Notes: generated by a model not told the origin, from the sequence alone. A DNA stretch of 64,000 bases from Phycisphaerae bacterium (GCA_035399845.1 DAOPJV010000001.1:45872-109871), one strand, 5' to 3'; counted from the stretch's first letter, positions 45,864-55,398 are shown. Translations and numbers: made by a program.

Positions 45864-46027
45864 CGTGTCGCTTTCCCCGTGTTCTCCGGCGTCCCTCGAC
45901 CTATTTTACGGCGACGGCGCCCGAGAATCCAAGTGGGCTGGCAATTGGCGCCACAAGAATCCAGCGGATTATTGGGCGCTTGCCACCATTGGCGTGCGTT
46001 TGGCAACCAACAACGCCACCCGGTCGC

Positions 46028-46262
46028 GCCGGCGAGCGCGCGACGTTCCGAGCCCGTCATGGCTCGGTCTTTCCGTCGGGCGATGCGCGTTTCGGCGAAC
46101 AGTTGAGTACGAATGAGCGATGGCTGTTGCATGTCGACCGCCGCATGACTGCGGCGGCTCGGAGTGTGGCGACACGTCTTGCTGCGCTACTTGGTGGCGC
46201 GTCTTGTTCCGCTATGCTGGCCTGTTCCCTTGCGGTCACAGTTCGGTTGTTTGAGCGCGCGC
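46028..46262 (+). repeat. Long modular repeat, copy E (one diverged full unit)
   Basis: ccgagcccgtcatggctcgg...gatgcgcgtttcggcgaac...ccgccgcatgactgcggcgg...core 46210-46247. It ends about 25 nt from the stop of the reverse-strand gene at 46288. Confidence 0.8.
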
Positions 46263-46287
46263 CACCAGCGGCGCGCGTCGTACGGCG

Positions 46288-47016
46288 TTACTCTTCCGCG
46301 GGGAAACGGAACTGTTCATCGCCATTGAGGATGACGAGGCGATCGAGGGTGGCGAAGTCGAAGAAGTGCTTCGTTGTGATCCTGCTCGTGTCAATCGTCA
46401 TCGACGGAGCGCCGAAGAACACGCCCTTGTCGAAAACGAATTCCAATGCCGGCTCGTTCACCATGGCGTTCTTCGGTGGGTTGTTCGCCTCTGAATTCCT
46501 GGGTTTCTCCAGCCCCATGCTGTAGGCGCGGCCCTGGTCGTCGAGTTTGGTGTTTTCGAGTGTCCCGCAGTTCTCTTTGATCCAGGCCTCGAATTCCCGC
46601 AGTTCGTCGTCACTCACGGCGTCGGACACGCTCTGCGTCATTCTGGCGCGGGCGCCTTCCAGATCGTCGGCCTCCAGGCGCTCGATGAATCCGCGAACCG
46701 TGGATACCAGCATGACCCGCGTCCGATGGACCACGTACAGCATGCCGCCGATGTCGACGGCCAGGACGATCAGCGAGAGGACCAGCGCCGTGATGGTGAT
46801 GCCCCTGCCGCGAAGCCGACCATTCGCGCCGGCGATCGAGATCAGTGCGACCGCCGCCAGAATCGCGCCGATCAGCGGCGCGGCGTACGGAATGCAGACG
46901 AGCAGCGAGAAGACAAGGGCGGCGATTGCGAGTTTGCTCGTCGAGGCGGGGCCCGTGTCGTCCGTTGTTGATGCGTCTGAGTCTGGCGCCGGCGGGTGGG
47001 ATGGGAACTGCGTCAT
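46288..47016 (-). CDS. Membrane protein with DUF4190-like N-terminal TM pair
   Basis: LAIAALVFSLLVCIPYAAPLIGAILAAVALISI and ITITALVLSLIVLAVDIGGMLYVV are followed by a soluble domain of unknown function. Confidence 0.6.
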   Translation of the reverse strand: MTQFPSHPPAPDSDASTTDDTGPASTSKLAIAALVFSLLVCIPYAAPLIGAILAAVALISIAGANGRLRGRGITITALVLSLIVLAVDIGGMLYVVHRTRVMLVSTVRGFIERLEADDLEGARARMTQSVSDAVSDDELREFEAWIKENCGTLENTKLDDQGRAYSMGLEKPRNSEANNPPKNAMVNEPALEFVFDKGVFFGAPSMTIDTSRITTKHFFDFATLDRLVILNGDEQFRFPAEE

Positions 47017-47097
47017 TTCGGCGGCTCCTTTCAGAGCGGCGTTGGGACTAAATCCGGCGATAGACGCCGTTATTCGGCGCGCCAGTGTACAGGAAGG

Positions 47098-48252
47098 TCA
47101 TGTCCCCCGCGCGCCCATGGCGCGACTCGGCTCGACTGGCGTTTCCGGAATCGCCGCAATGAGCTTGCGCATGGCCGTGGAGCGTCCGACGCGCTCGGCG
47201 GCGTTGTTACTGAGCCACTTAAAGGGCGTCGCCATGTCTGTGCGGACCCGGGCGCCGGGCGCGTGCGCCCGATAGGCCACAAACCTGACGAGACGATGCG
47301 TCAGCTGGTGGCTCACTTCGCAGAGGCGGCGTCCATCGACGGTAACAGACTCTCCAAAAATATCGCGCGCCAGGGCCACGGCTGTCGCGTGGGCTGACGC
47401 GCCGCTGCTGACGGCGCTGGGCAATTCCCAGAGACTCGCCCAGAGTCCCTTTGCGGGCCGCTGGCGCCAGAGGCGTTTGTTGGCGCGATCGGCAACGATC
47501 ACAACGTGCGTCTCTTCCCGGACGCGCGTCTTCTTCAGTTTGACGGGCAGGCGGGCGACGTTTCCCGCGGCGAGCGCGTCGCAGTGATTGCGAAGCGGGC
47601 AGGTCAGGCATTGCGCCGCGTCGCCGGGGCGACAGATTGTCGCGCCGAGTTCCATGAGCGCCTGGTTGAAGTCGCCGGCGCGCGATCGAGGCAGCAGCGA
47701 CTCGGCCGTCTCCCAGATGCGCCGTTCGCCCGCCGGAGATCTGATGTCGAGATGAATGTCGAAGAGCCGCGACAGGACGCGCGAGACATTGCCGTCGACG
47801 ACGGCGGCGCGTTTGTCGTAGGCGATGGACGCCACGGCGCCGGCGGTATAGCGACCGACGCCGGGGAGGGTGCGCAACAGTTCCACGGAATCGGGAACGC
47901 GACCTTTGTAACGATTGGTAATCTCGATCGCGGCGCGATGGAGGTTTCGGGCGCGCGAGTAGTAGCCGAGGCCCGCCCAGAGGCGCAGCACGTCATCAAG
48001 TGGCGCGGCGGCGAGGTCGCTCACGTTCGGGTAACGTTTGAGGAATCGCTCGTAGTAGGGGATGACCGTCGCGACCTGCGTCTGCTGGAGCATCGTTTCG
48101 CTAAGCCAGATTGCATAAGGACTTTCGGTCCGGCGCCACGGAAGATCGCGGCGATGCGCGTCGTACCAGGCGAGCAGTCGGCGTCGAATGGCGGCGAGGC
48201 GACGCGCCCCGAGGGCGCCGCGTGAACCAGTTGACGTCTTCGAAACGGGCAT
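47098..48252 (-). CDS. mutY: A/G-specific adenine DNA glycosylase MutY
   Basis: DLPWRRTESPYAIWLSETMLQQTQV, the HhH-GPD region LPGVGRYTAGAV, the Fe-S cluster loop C-x7-C-x2-C-x5-C (CRPGDAAQCLTCPLRNHC), and a NUDIX-like C-terminal domain. Confidence 0.9.
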   Translation of the reverse strand: MPVSKTSTGSRGALGARRLAAIRRRLLAWYDAHRRDLPWRRTESPYAIWLSETMLQQTQVATVIPYYERFLKRYPNVSDLAAAPLDDVLRLWAGLGYYSRARNLHRAAIEITNRYKGRVPDSVELLRTLPGVGRYTAGAVASIAYDKRAAVVDGNVSRVLSRLFDIHLDIRSPAGERRIWETAESLLPRSRAGDFNQALMELGATICRPGDAAQCLTCPLRNHCDALAAGNVARLPVKLKKTRVREETHVVIVADRANKRLWRQRPAKGLWASLWELPSAVSSGASAHATAVALARDIFGESVTVDGRRLCEVSHQLTHRLVRFVAYRAHAPGARVRTDMATPFKWLSNNAAERVGRSTAMRKLIAAIPETPVEPSRAMGARGT

Positions 48253-48453
48253 CGGGGCGATTGTAACGAGCTGTCAGCGGCGTCGGGATGGGGCTCTGCG
48301 ATCGATGGCAAATCTTGCCGGAAGGAGGGGGTTAATCTAGAATCCGGGGTTCCTCCGGAAGGTCGTTCGCCAAAGCCAGGGCGTGGGCCTTTCGAGTCGC
48401 GCGAGGCCGGCGCGACGCATGGCAAGACAACCTCGCCCACACTGGAGTTGGCA

Positions 48454-48696
48454 ATGAAACGCCGCATGCGAATCTATCGATGGCGAAACAGGCTCCTGCT
48501 GCCGCTCGCGGCCTTTCCCTTGTTGCAGGCTGCGACGTGTACGACGAACGACATTGCGGGCGCCGTCTTCGGTCAGTTGGCCAGTGGCACGCTTTCGCTC
48601 GTGGTCGGCGCCGTGAATGCGACGATTCTGCAGTTGTTGCCCGAGGCGGATGTGATTCAGATTCTGTTGGGCGGCAATCGCTCGCCGTTCTTTTGA
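48454..48696 (+). CDS. Small secreted/lipoprotein-like peptide, paralog 1
   Basis: GGAG RBS. The sequence MKRRMRIYRWRNRLLLPLAAFPLLQAATCTT... has a basic n-region, a hydrophobic h-region, and a conserved Q..(T/Q)CTT junction shared with the next ORF. Confidence 0.5.
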   Translation: MKRRMRIYRWRNRLLLPLAAFPLLQAATCTTNDIAGAVFGQLASGTLSLVVGAVNATILQLLPEADVIQILLGGNRSPFF

Positions 48697-48763
48697 GAAA
48701 CAGGCGGCGTCGCGCGGCGATTCGCTCGCGCATTCGTCCGGCATTGACGAGGTTATCTGACTT

Positions 48764-48970
48764 ATGAAGAAATCCACGCTTCGACGGGTGAAGATCGCTC
48801 GGACTGTCGCCATCTTTGTGGCCGCTGCGCCGCTGTTTCAGTTGTCGCAGTGCACGACGTTCTCGAGCATGGTCGGCCAGACGGTCGTCAACGGTCTGCC
48901 CAACCTGTTCTTTTCAACGTTCCAGTCACTCCTGCTGCTGCCATTGCAGTCCCTGCTCGCGTCGATCTGA
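48764..48970 (+). CDS. Small secreted/lipoprotein-like peptide, paralog 2
   Basis: MKKSTLRRVKIARTVAIFVAAAPLFQLSQCTTFSS... has the same architecture as 48454..48696. Confidence 0.5.
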   Translation: MKKSTLRRVKIARTVAIFVAAAPLFQLSQCTTFSSMVGQTVVNGLPNLFFSTFQSLLLLPLQSLLASI

Positions 48971-49019
48971 CGTCGTTGCCGCCGGGTGTGCGCCGCCGAG
49001 TCGCTGCGCGCTGTGAATC

Positions 49020-49574
49020 TCACGCTGCGGATTCAGACAGGAACTGCGGGGCAAGATCCTTCAGGACATGCGCGTCGCAGTAGGCGCCACGGCTGATGAG
49101 GAACAGGCACGCTTCTTCGACTTCGGAATCAGAAAGTCCGCAGGCGCTCAGCGTCTGTCGCGTGGCGTCGAATCGCATGATGGATGGCGCGCCCGAATTC
49201 TCTTCGAAGTGAGTGCGCAGGGCGGAGAAGAAGCCGGCGTCGCGAAGCTTCGACTCGAGGGCCGCTTCCTTGTCGCGGATGTCGATGGCGCGGGCCATCT
49301 TCATCAGGTCCATGCCCGTTTCACTGGGCGCGAGTTCGAACCAGACAATTCCTTTTCGCAGTTCGTTGTTGTAGAGATCTTCGGGAATTGCGCGCACGAC
49401 ATGGTGAAAACGCTGCTCGGCGAGCAGGCCTGTGAATTGTTTACTGGTGACGACGATATTCACACCCTTGTAGTGAATGTTCTCGCCGACCTCGACGGTA
49501 ACATCGTCGAACACAGGCTTTAGATAAGCGACAAGCTGAGTTTGAATTCGCTTGAAGTCGCTTTTTTTCATCAT
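49020..49574 (-). CDS. Hypothetical protein, possible BolA-like N-terminal half
   Basis: VTSKQFTGLLAEQRFHHVVRAI weakly resembles the BolA F.G....RHR.V motif. The C-terminal half is unassigned. Confidence 0.5.
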   Translation of the reverse strand: MMKKSDFKRIQTQLVAYLKPVFDDVTVEVGENIHYKGVNIVVTSKQFTGLLAEQRFHHVVRAIPEDLYNNELRKGIVWFELAPSETGMDLMKMARAIDIRDKEAALESKLRDAGFFSALRTHFEENSGAPSIMRFDATRQTLSACGLSDSEVEEACLFLISRGAYCDAHVLKDLAPQFLSESAA

Positions 49575-49823
49575 GGTTCACCTCTGTAGATAAGCTGTGA
49601 ATCTTCCGTGACCACGACGAGATTATACGTGTGGGTGTCACGCGCATGGAAGTGATTCCTGCAGTTATCGCACCTTGATTCGAATTCGGTTGCACGCCCC
49701 AGGGCGCCTCGCTAGTCTCTCGCTTACCTCTCAGGAAGTAATTCGCCGCACAAGTTGTTTGGTTGGCCTTTCGCGATTCGCCGTATCGCGCGAGGCGCCT
49801 GATGGATTGGGAGTGAACCTGTC

Positions 49824-50600
49824 ATGATGACACGCGTAACGAAACGCTGTGCGCGCTCGCGCGCGACTGTGGCGCTGATGTCCATTGTGGTTTCGATGTC
49901 GGGCGTTGTGGGTTGCTCGGCGTCACGAAGCGACGTGGCGATCGAGTCGAAGAAAATCAGCGCGCCGAAACTCATCGAGCGATGCGCATCAAAGTACGCC
50001 GAGGCGGAGACGATTCGCGCCCGCGGGCGATTGATTCTGCATGGAGACGCCGAATCGCACACGCGGCTCGTGACCTGGGACTTCGCCAGGCCGCAGCGCA
50101 CGCGGCTTCGCGTGGGTGAACGCGTCGCCGTGATTCGCGATGGCGAGTGGTTTCGCTACGACCCGATGCGCGACGCCTACCATCGACATCCAGGGCTCGG
50201 CGGCGACCCGATTCAGACGGCCGTCTATTTTATGACGGACGGCGCCCCGATGCCGGAGATCGCGCTGCCGATCGAAGGGCCCGCGGCCCTCGGCGCCAGC
50301 GCCGCGTCCGAGTGGCGCCTGGACGGTGTGCGCTGGGTCAGCCAGCGACCCTGCCACGTCCTGACCCATCCCTATTCCATCGATCGCGAGGATCTCATGA
50401 TGGCGATCTGGATCGATCAGGACACGAACCTGCTGCGCGGGTGGGCCGTCCAGCGCAGGGGGGCGGATGTCGATGATCCCCCGATCGTCTCCTGCGAATA
50501 TGACTCAATCGAGCTGAATGCGCCGATCGCCGAGGATCAGTTCGCCGTCGGGCGGGATCGCTCCCGGGCAATCGCCCGCGCGAACGTTCAGGCGGAATAG
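49824..50600 (+). CDS. Lipoprotein, LolA-like/DUF2092-like fold (tentative)
   Basis: Lipobox VSMSGVVGC. The size and beta-rich pattern (RGRLILH...RLRVGERVAVIRDGEWFRY...WRLDGVRWV...MAIWIDQDTNLLRGW) are reminiscent of LolA-fold proteins. Confidence 0.5.
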   Translation: MMTRVTKRCARSRATVALMSIVVSMSGVVGCSASRSDVAIESKKISAPKLIERCASKYAEAETIRARGRLILHGDAESHTRLVTWDFARPQRTRLRVGERVAVIRDGEWFRYDPMRDAYHRHPGLGGDPIQTAVYFMTDGAPMPEIALPIEGPAALGASAASEWRLDGVRWVSQRPCHVLTHPYSIDREDLMMAIWIDQDTNLLRGWAVQRRGADVDDPPIVSCEYDSIELNAPIAEDQFAVGRDRSRAIARANVQAE

Positions 50601-50609
50601 CCGCGCCGG

Positions 50610-52238
50610 CTACGGGTTTTCGGGCGCGAGGCGCTGTGACGCCTCTCCGACGCTTCGGCCGCTCCCCGCGATGGCGCGACGGCCGGACAATCTGCCGACA
50701 ATCGCCGTACGCAGGTGTTTCGGTACGACGACGCGCCAGTAGATCGGCAGCGTGATGGCGCCACCGACGCCGAGCCCGACGATGAGCGCGACGACGTCTG
50801 AATGCAGCGTCAGGCGCGCGGCGACGAGGCAAAGCGTGAAGGGAATCGCCGCCAGCGACGGACCGACGAGAATCTCCCGGAAATAGCTCAGCGTGGAGAC
50901 ATTCAGCAGTCTGCACGCGTAGATCGGCATGACGAGGCCGCCTGTCAGCATCATGGGGACAGCGAGCGCGATGGCGGCGCCGATCATGCCCATGTTCGCC
51001 GGGACCATCAGCACCCAGCCCAGCGCGAAACTCAGCGCGACACCGATCCAGTCGAAGATGGCCACGCGGCCGTGGCGGTTCATGCCGAGCAGGACGGAAT
51101 ACACGCCCTGTTGCGGGACGAGCAGCGCATGCCCGAGCGCGATGATCGCCAGCACGATGGGTCGTTCGTAGCCGGGGCCCATCCAGAGGCGAACGATGAT
51201 GTCGCCCATGACGCAGAAGAGGGCGATCATCGGCAGCGTCGTATAGAGACCGTACTTGGAGGTTCCGATCAGGAGTTTCCCCAGCGCCTTGTGATCGGCG
51301 CCGGCGTCGAGGGCGCTGCTTCGTGGAATGAAGACCTGCGCATACTGCTTCATGAAGCGAAGCGCATGCTTCAGCAGGGCGCCCTGTCGGGAGTAGATGG
51401 CGAGTGACTCGGCGCCCCCCAGATACCACGTGACGAGCAGTCGGTTGATGTCGTACAGGCTTCCGCGCGCGAGCCCCTGCGCGACAGTCTTGCTGCCATA
51501 GGCGAGCAGGGACTTGAGCGTGGCCCAGCGATAGTACGTCGGGCTGAAGGAGAGCAGCGGGCAGATGCGTCGCGCGACGATGATCTTGGCGACATCGCCG
51601 AGGACTTCGCCGATCAGGTAGGCCCAGGCGGCGTGAATGAGGGTTCCGCCCCGGTAGAGGATGACGCCGATGGCGACGAGCACGGCGCCGTCGCGCGCGA
51701 TGCGAATGGCGTTGAGCAGATCGAATCGTTCGTAGCCCGTGATAACGGCGTTGAAGACGCCGCCGGGGAGCTGGAAGGCCGCCGTCAGCGAAAGCAGGAC
51801 GACGACCACCTGCGCCTCTGCGATCAGTTCGGACGCGGACTCCCGGAGCATGTGCGGCACGAACCAGTAGAACGCGGCCGACGCCACGGCGCCCAGGACG
51901 CAGGCGGAGGAGAGAATCGCGAGGCTCGTGTTGAAGACGGCGTTGAGGTCATCGAGATCGTCGCGGGCGCGACTGTGGGCGATGAAGCGATTGACGGAGG
52001 AGGTCACGCCGAGCTGAAGCCAGCGGACGAAGAACACGAAGGTCCAGCCGAGATCCCAGGCGCCGAGTTGTTCCTTGCCGAGCCGATCGGAAATCAGGCG
52101 CGGAATGACGAATCCCGAGGCCAGGACGAGGAGGTACCAGAGCCAGTTTGCGATGACGTTCTTTGTGGTCGACGGGGCGGCGGCGCCGCGATTAGCGGAC
52201 GAGGCGTTGGGCGCCGGCGTTGGGGGACCTGCGGTCAT
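50610..52238 (-). CDS. Polysaccharide flippase (MOP/Wzx family)
   Basis: About 12-14 TM helices. The N-terminal NVIANWLWYLLVLASGFVIPRLISDRLGKEQLGAW is typical of the Polysacc_synt family. Its ATG overlaps the upstream stop as ATGA. Confidence 0.8.
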   Translation of the reverse strand: MTAGPPTPAPNASSANRGAAAPSTTKNVIANWLWYLLVLASGFVIPRLISDRLGKEQLGAWDLGWTFVFFVRWLQLGVTSSVNRFIAHSRARDDLDDLNAVFNTSLAILSSACVLGAVASAAFYWFVPHMLRESASELIAEAQVVVVLLSLTAAFQLPGGVFNAVITGYERFDLLNAIRIARDGAVLVAIGVILYRGGTLIHAAWAYLIGEVLGDVAKIIVARRICPLLSFSPTYYRWATLKSLLAYGSKTVAQGLARGSLYDINRLLVTWYLGGAESLAIYSRQGALLKHALRFMKQYAQVFIPRSSALDAGADHKALGKLLIGTSKYGLYTTLPMIALFCVMGDIIVRLWMGPGYERPIVLAIIALGHALLVPQQGVYSVLLGMNRHGRVAIFDWIGVALSFALGWVLMVPANMGMIGAAIALAVPMMLTGGLVMPIYACRLLNVSTLSYFREILVGPSLAAIPFTLCLVAARLTLHSDVVALIVGLGVGGAITLPIYWRVVVPKHLRTAIVGRLSGRRAIAGSGRSVGEASQRLAPENP

Positions 52239-53137
52239 ACGTATCCATATCGTCGATTCTGCACGCCTGCAACGCTTTCGAAGATTCGCTCGGATCGCTG
52301 GTCCATTTCATGCCGCCACGTCTCGTCCAGTTTGATCGCGTCGATGGCGCCGAGACGCATGGCGTTGCCGAGGATGTGATGCGGCGTTTCGTCCATGGCC
52401 AGTGTCGCCTTCGACGGTTCGAGTCCGAGAAACGCAAAGATGGACTCGCACTCCACGGCGGTCCCCTTGCAGAGGTCCTCATAACGAACCTGTCGGTAGA
52501 CGCCCTCGGGCAGCCTGGCGGCGAGCCGGTCGATCTGCTGATGCGTTCGCGACCAGTCGCGCGCGGCGGCCTCGGCGTCGAGTCCCTTCTTCTTCATCGT
52601 GGAGTTGATGACGCCGCGGGCGTCTCGGATGAGGTGCAGGACGCGGACGTTGTAGTCGCCCGTGTTCATGAGGTGCATGAGCCGCACGGGATCCTTGGAG
52701 GCGTCGAGCAGAATACGGCCCTTCTGCAGAAACAGAATCGCTTCCATCGCCGCCTTGTTGACGGCCCGCGCCGTCTTCATCCGCTTGCCACATTTCGGCA
52801 GGATGGACATGGCGGCCCCGCGAAAACCCTCAAACAGGGGGCCCCGATTGCGGGCGCGCATGACGCGATCGCCGATCGACTTGTTGTGCAGGCGGAAATC
52901 CGTCGGTGGTCTCTCGAAGTCGAAGGGCAGGCCCTTCTGATTGACGCGCGCCTTGATGCTGAGCCAGAACGCGCAGTCGATGAGTCGCTCGCCGCAGGAA
53001 CAGCGATAGCTGCTCGTGTCGATCGTTCCCCATTTGAGTTCGCCGACCGTGGCGATGTCCGGATGCGTGTTCAACAGAAATGTCAGCAGCGTCGAGCCGG
53101 AATAGCTCGGCGCCGCGATGTACGTCAGTTCAATCAT
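52235..53137 (-). CDS. Sulfotransferase
   Basis: The 5'-PSB-like loop is APSYSGSTLLTFLL and the 3'-PB-like motif is VLHLIRDARGVINS. Start and stop are both coupled to neighbours. Confidence 0.75.
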   Translation of the reverse strand: MIELTYIAAPSYSGSTLLTFLLNTHPDIATVGELKWGTIDTSSYRCSCGERLIDCAFWLSIKARVNQKGLPFDFERPPTDFRLHNKSIGDRVMRARNRGPLFEGFRGAAMSILPKCGKRMKTARAVNKAAMEAILFLQKGRILLDASKDPVRLMHLMNTGDYNVRVLHLIRDARGVINSTMKKKGLDAEAAARDWSRTHQQIDRLAARLPEGVYRQVRYEDLCKGTAVECESIFAFLGLEPSKATLAMDETPHHILGNAMRLGAIDAIKLDETWRHEMDQRSERIFESVAGVQNRRYGYV

Positions 53138-54540
53138 GCGCCGTCAACCTGTCCATCAATAAGTGGTTCTGTCATGATCGGACGCGCTGCGGCGGACTTC
53201 CTCGCCGCGACGTAGGCCCGTTGTTCGGCGGCGACGCGCAGTACGACGCCCCAAACGCACAGATATGGTACGGCGCTTTGCGTCGGATAAAAACTCGAAC
53301 CCGTCAGGGCGGCCGTCAGCTCGACGACGACGGCGGCCAGACCGATCCCGCCAAGGACGGCCAGCAGCGGATCGCGGCGATTGCGGAGCAGTGTCCAGCT
53401 TGTCCAGGCGATCGCGCCGAAACAGGTCATGCAGATCACGAAACCGATGCTGCCGGCGTCCAGAAGGATTTCCAGGTAGGCGCTGTGGGGATGCTGCGGC
53501 ACGCCGCGGGCGCCGGCGGCGATCATCGCGTCGTAACAGTCGGTCCGGAGAATGCCGTAGCGGCCGTGGCCGACAATGGGGGATTCTCGAATCTGTTCCA
53601 TCGTCGGCGGCCAGAGGTATGTCGTGCGTCCCGCCGAGACTTCATCCCAGTTCGTCTGATAGCTGTGGGCGCCGACCCCCTGAAGGGCGCGGTCCAGCAC
53701 GCTCGGATTGATGGCGATGACGAATACGACGGCGGCCGGCAGCAGCAGCAGCAGCTTTCGGTATCGCAGGACACCGAGGGTCAGACCGCCGAGACAGAAG
53801 GCGAGAAAGCCCGCTCTCGATTTCAGGGCGACGAACGCGGGGATTGCCGCGACGGCGATGGAGAGCCACAGCGCCTTCAGCCAGGCGGGTCGGATAATCA
53901 GGACGAGCAGGCACGCCGCCAGCAGCGTGAAGGCCGTGAGCTCGGCGAGGTCGTTGGCGAACAGGCCGATGATCTTGTCCGTGACGCGTCGCGCCTGGCT
54001 GTAATTGATCGTGAAGACCTTCTCACGGAGCGATTTGAACATCAGCAGCGAGTAACACAGACCACTGCCGACGGCGGAAAAGAGGGCGAGCTTCACGCGG
54101 TTGCGCGTCAGGGCGCCGTCGTAGAACATGACGCCGACAGCGAGGTACTTCAGCGGGTTGATCATTGTTTCGATAATGACGTCCTTGCGCGTGAATCGGC
54201 CGGCGTACTCGCCGCGGAATCCGCCGACATCGAAGGCGGCGATCAGGCCGATCACACAAAGCAGCGCCACATACATCATGACCAGCATGACCACCTGGGG
54301 CGACGCGCCGGCTCGCTTCGGATCGCGTCGGCGATCGAGCAGCCATGCGAAAGCGATGAACGCGAACGTGGCGTTCCAGGGGTTGAGGCCCTGCACGCCG
54401 CCGATCATCGTCGGCATGCTCGGGTTCTGCGTGAGGACCGTGACGAAGAGCAGACCGCAGAGCGACCAGTACCACTTGCGCAGCGACACGCCGGCGAGGA
54501 CGGCGATCAGGATGTACAGGACGACCAGGCGGATGCTCAT
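53134..54540 (-). CDS. O-antigen polymerase/ligase-like (Wzy/WaaL family) membrane protein
   Basis: Multi-TM protein with a periplasmic loop carrying the motif GVPQHPHSAYLEILLDAGSIGF. Confidence 0.75.
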   Translation of the reverse strand: MSIRLVVLYILIAVLAGVSLRKWYWSLCGLLFVTVLTQNPSMPTMIGGVQGLNPWNATFAFIAFAWLLDRRRDPKRAGASPQVVMLVMMYVALLCVIGLIAAFDVGGFRGEYAGRFTRKDVIIETMINPLKYLAVGVMFYDGALTRNRVKLALFSAVGSGLCYSLLMFKSLREKVFTINYSQARRVTDKIIGLFANDLAELTAFTLLAACLLVLIIRPAWLKALWLSIAVAAIPAFVALKSRAGFLAFCLGGLTLGVLRYRKLLLLLPAAVVFVIAINPSVLDRALQGVGAHSYQTNWDEVSAGRTTYLWPPTMEQIRESPIVGHGRYGILRTDCYDAMIAAGARGVPQHPHSAYLEILLDAGSIGFVICMTCFGAIAWTSWTLLRNRRDPLLAVLGGIGLAAVVVELTAALTGSSFYPTQSAVPYLCVWGVVLRVAAEQRAYVAARKSAAARPIMTEPLIDGQVDGA

Positions 54541-54561
54541 GAGCCGCTCGTTTTCCTTCCG

Positions 54562-55398
54562 TCATGCGCCGGGTTTTCGGGCCCGGATGACCATCGTACA
54601 GGCGAGTCGCTTTGTCAGGACGCCGGGGATCGGCCAGCGGCGCGACAGGCTTGCGGACATCGAGCGCATCGCGCGAATGCGACCGAGCCGGCCCCACGGA
54701 CCGTATGAATTCAGCAGCATCGCATCGAACTGCAGGCCGGCCCGGGCGAGGAGCGAGGCGGCCTGGGCGGGCGTGTACTGCGTGTGTTTGTATTGCGAGG
54801 CGTAGGCGTCGGCCTTGTTCGTGCCCTGGATCATGTCCCGCAGGCGGACCAGTGACTTCTCCGCCGCCCGCTCGGCGCGAAGCAGCTTTCTGAAGAGACT
54901 CGAAAAGTTCGGAAAGGAGACGATCAAGTGTCCGCCCGGTCGGAGGATGTCCGCCATGCCTTTGATGGCGTCGATCGGATTGGGCACGTACTCGAGCACC
55001 CCCAGCGAAGTCACGATATCGGCTGAGTCCGTGGCGAAGGGCAGGCGCGTCGCGTCCCCCTGCAGGAATGTGTCGTTTGGATGCGTCGCGCTGGCCTGGC
55101 GCGCCATCTCGCGCGAGAAATCCATCCCCGTCACGCGAATCACATCCCGCGGCAGCCCGTCGAGAACGTCTCCGGAACCGCAGCCGACGTCGACCACCTG
55201 CAGCGTGCGATCGGCGGCGGCCAGCAGCGGGCGAATGAGCTGGTGCACGTTCTGGCGGCGCAGGTTCAGATCGAGATCCGCCATGCTGCGGGGTTCGCCG
55301 CCGTAGCGATTCGTCCAGTCGGCGCTGGCGCCGTCGAAGTGCTGCTGCACGACGGCTGCGAGGGCTTCCCTGTCCTGTTGCGCGGGGCGCGTCGTCAT
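54562..55398 (-). CDS. Class I SAM-dependent methyltransferase
   Basis: Motif I VVDVGCGSGDVL, post-I MDFS, and motif II/III ADIVTSLGVLEYV...LRPGGHLIVS. Confidence 0.85.
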   Translation of the reverse strand: MTTRPAQQDREALAAVVQQHFDGASADWTNRYGGEPRSMADLDLNLRRQNVHQLIRPLLAAADRTLQVVDVGCGSGDVLDGLPRDVIRVTGMDFSREMARQASATHPNDTFLQGDATRLPFATDSADIVTSLGVLEYVPNPIDAIKGMADILRPGGHLIVSFPNFSSLFRKLLRAERAAEKSLVRLRDMIQGTNKADAYASQYKHTQYTPAQAASLLARAGLQFDAMLLNSYGPWGRLGRIRAMRSMSASLSRRWPIPGVLTKRLACTMVIRARKPGA

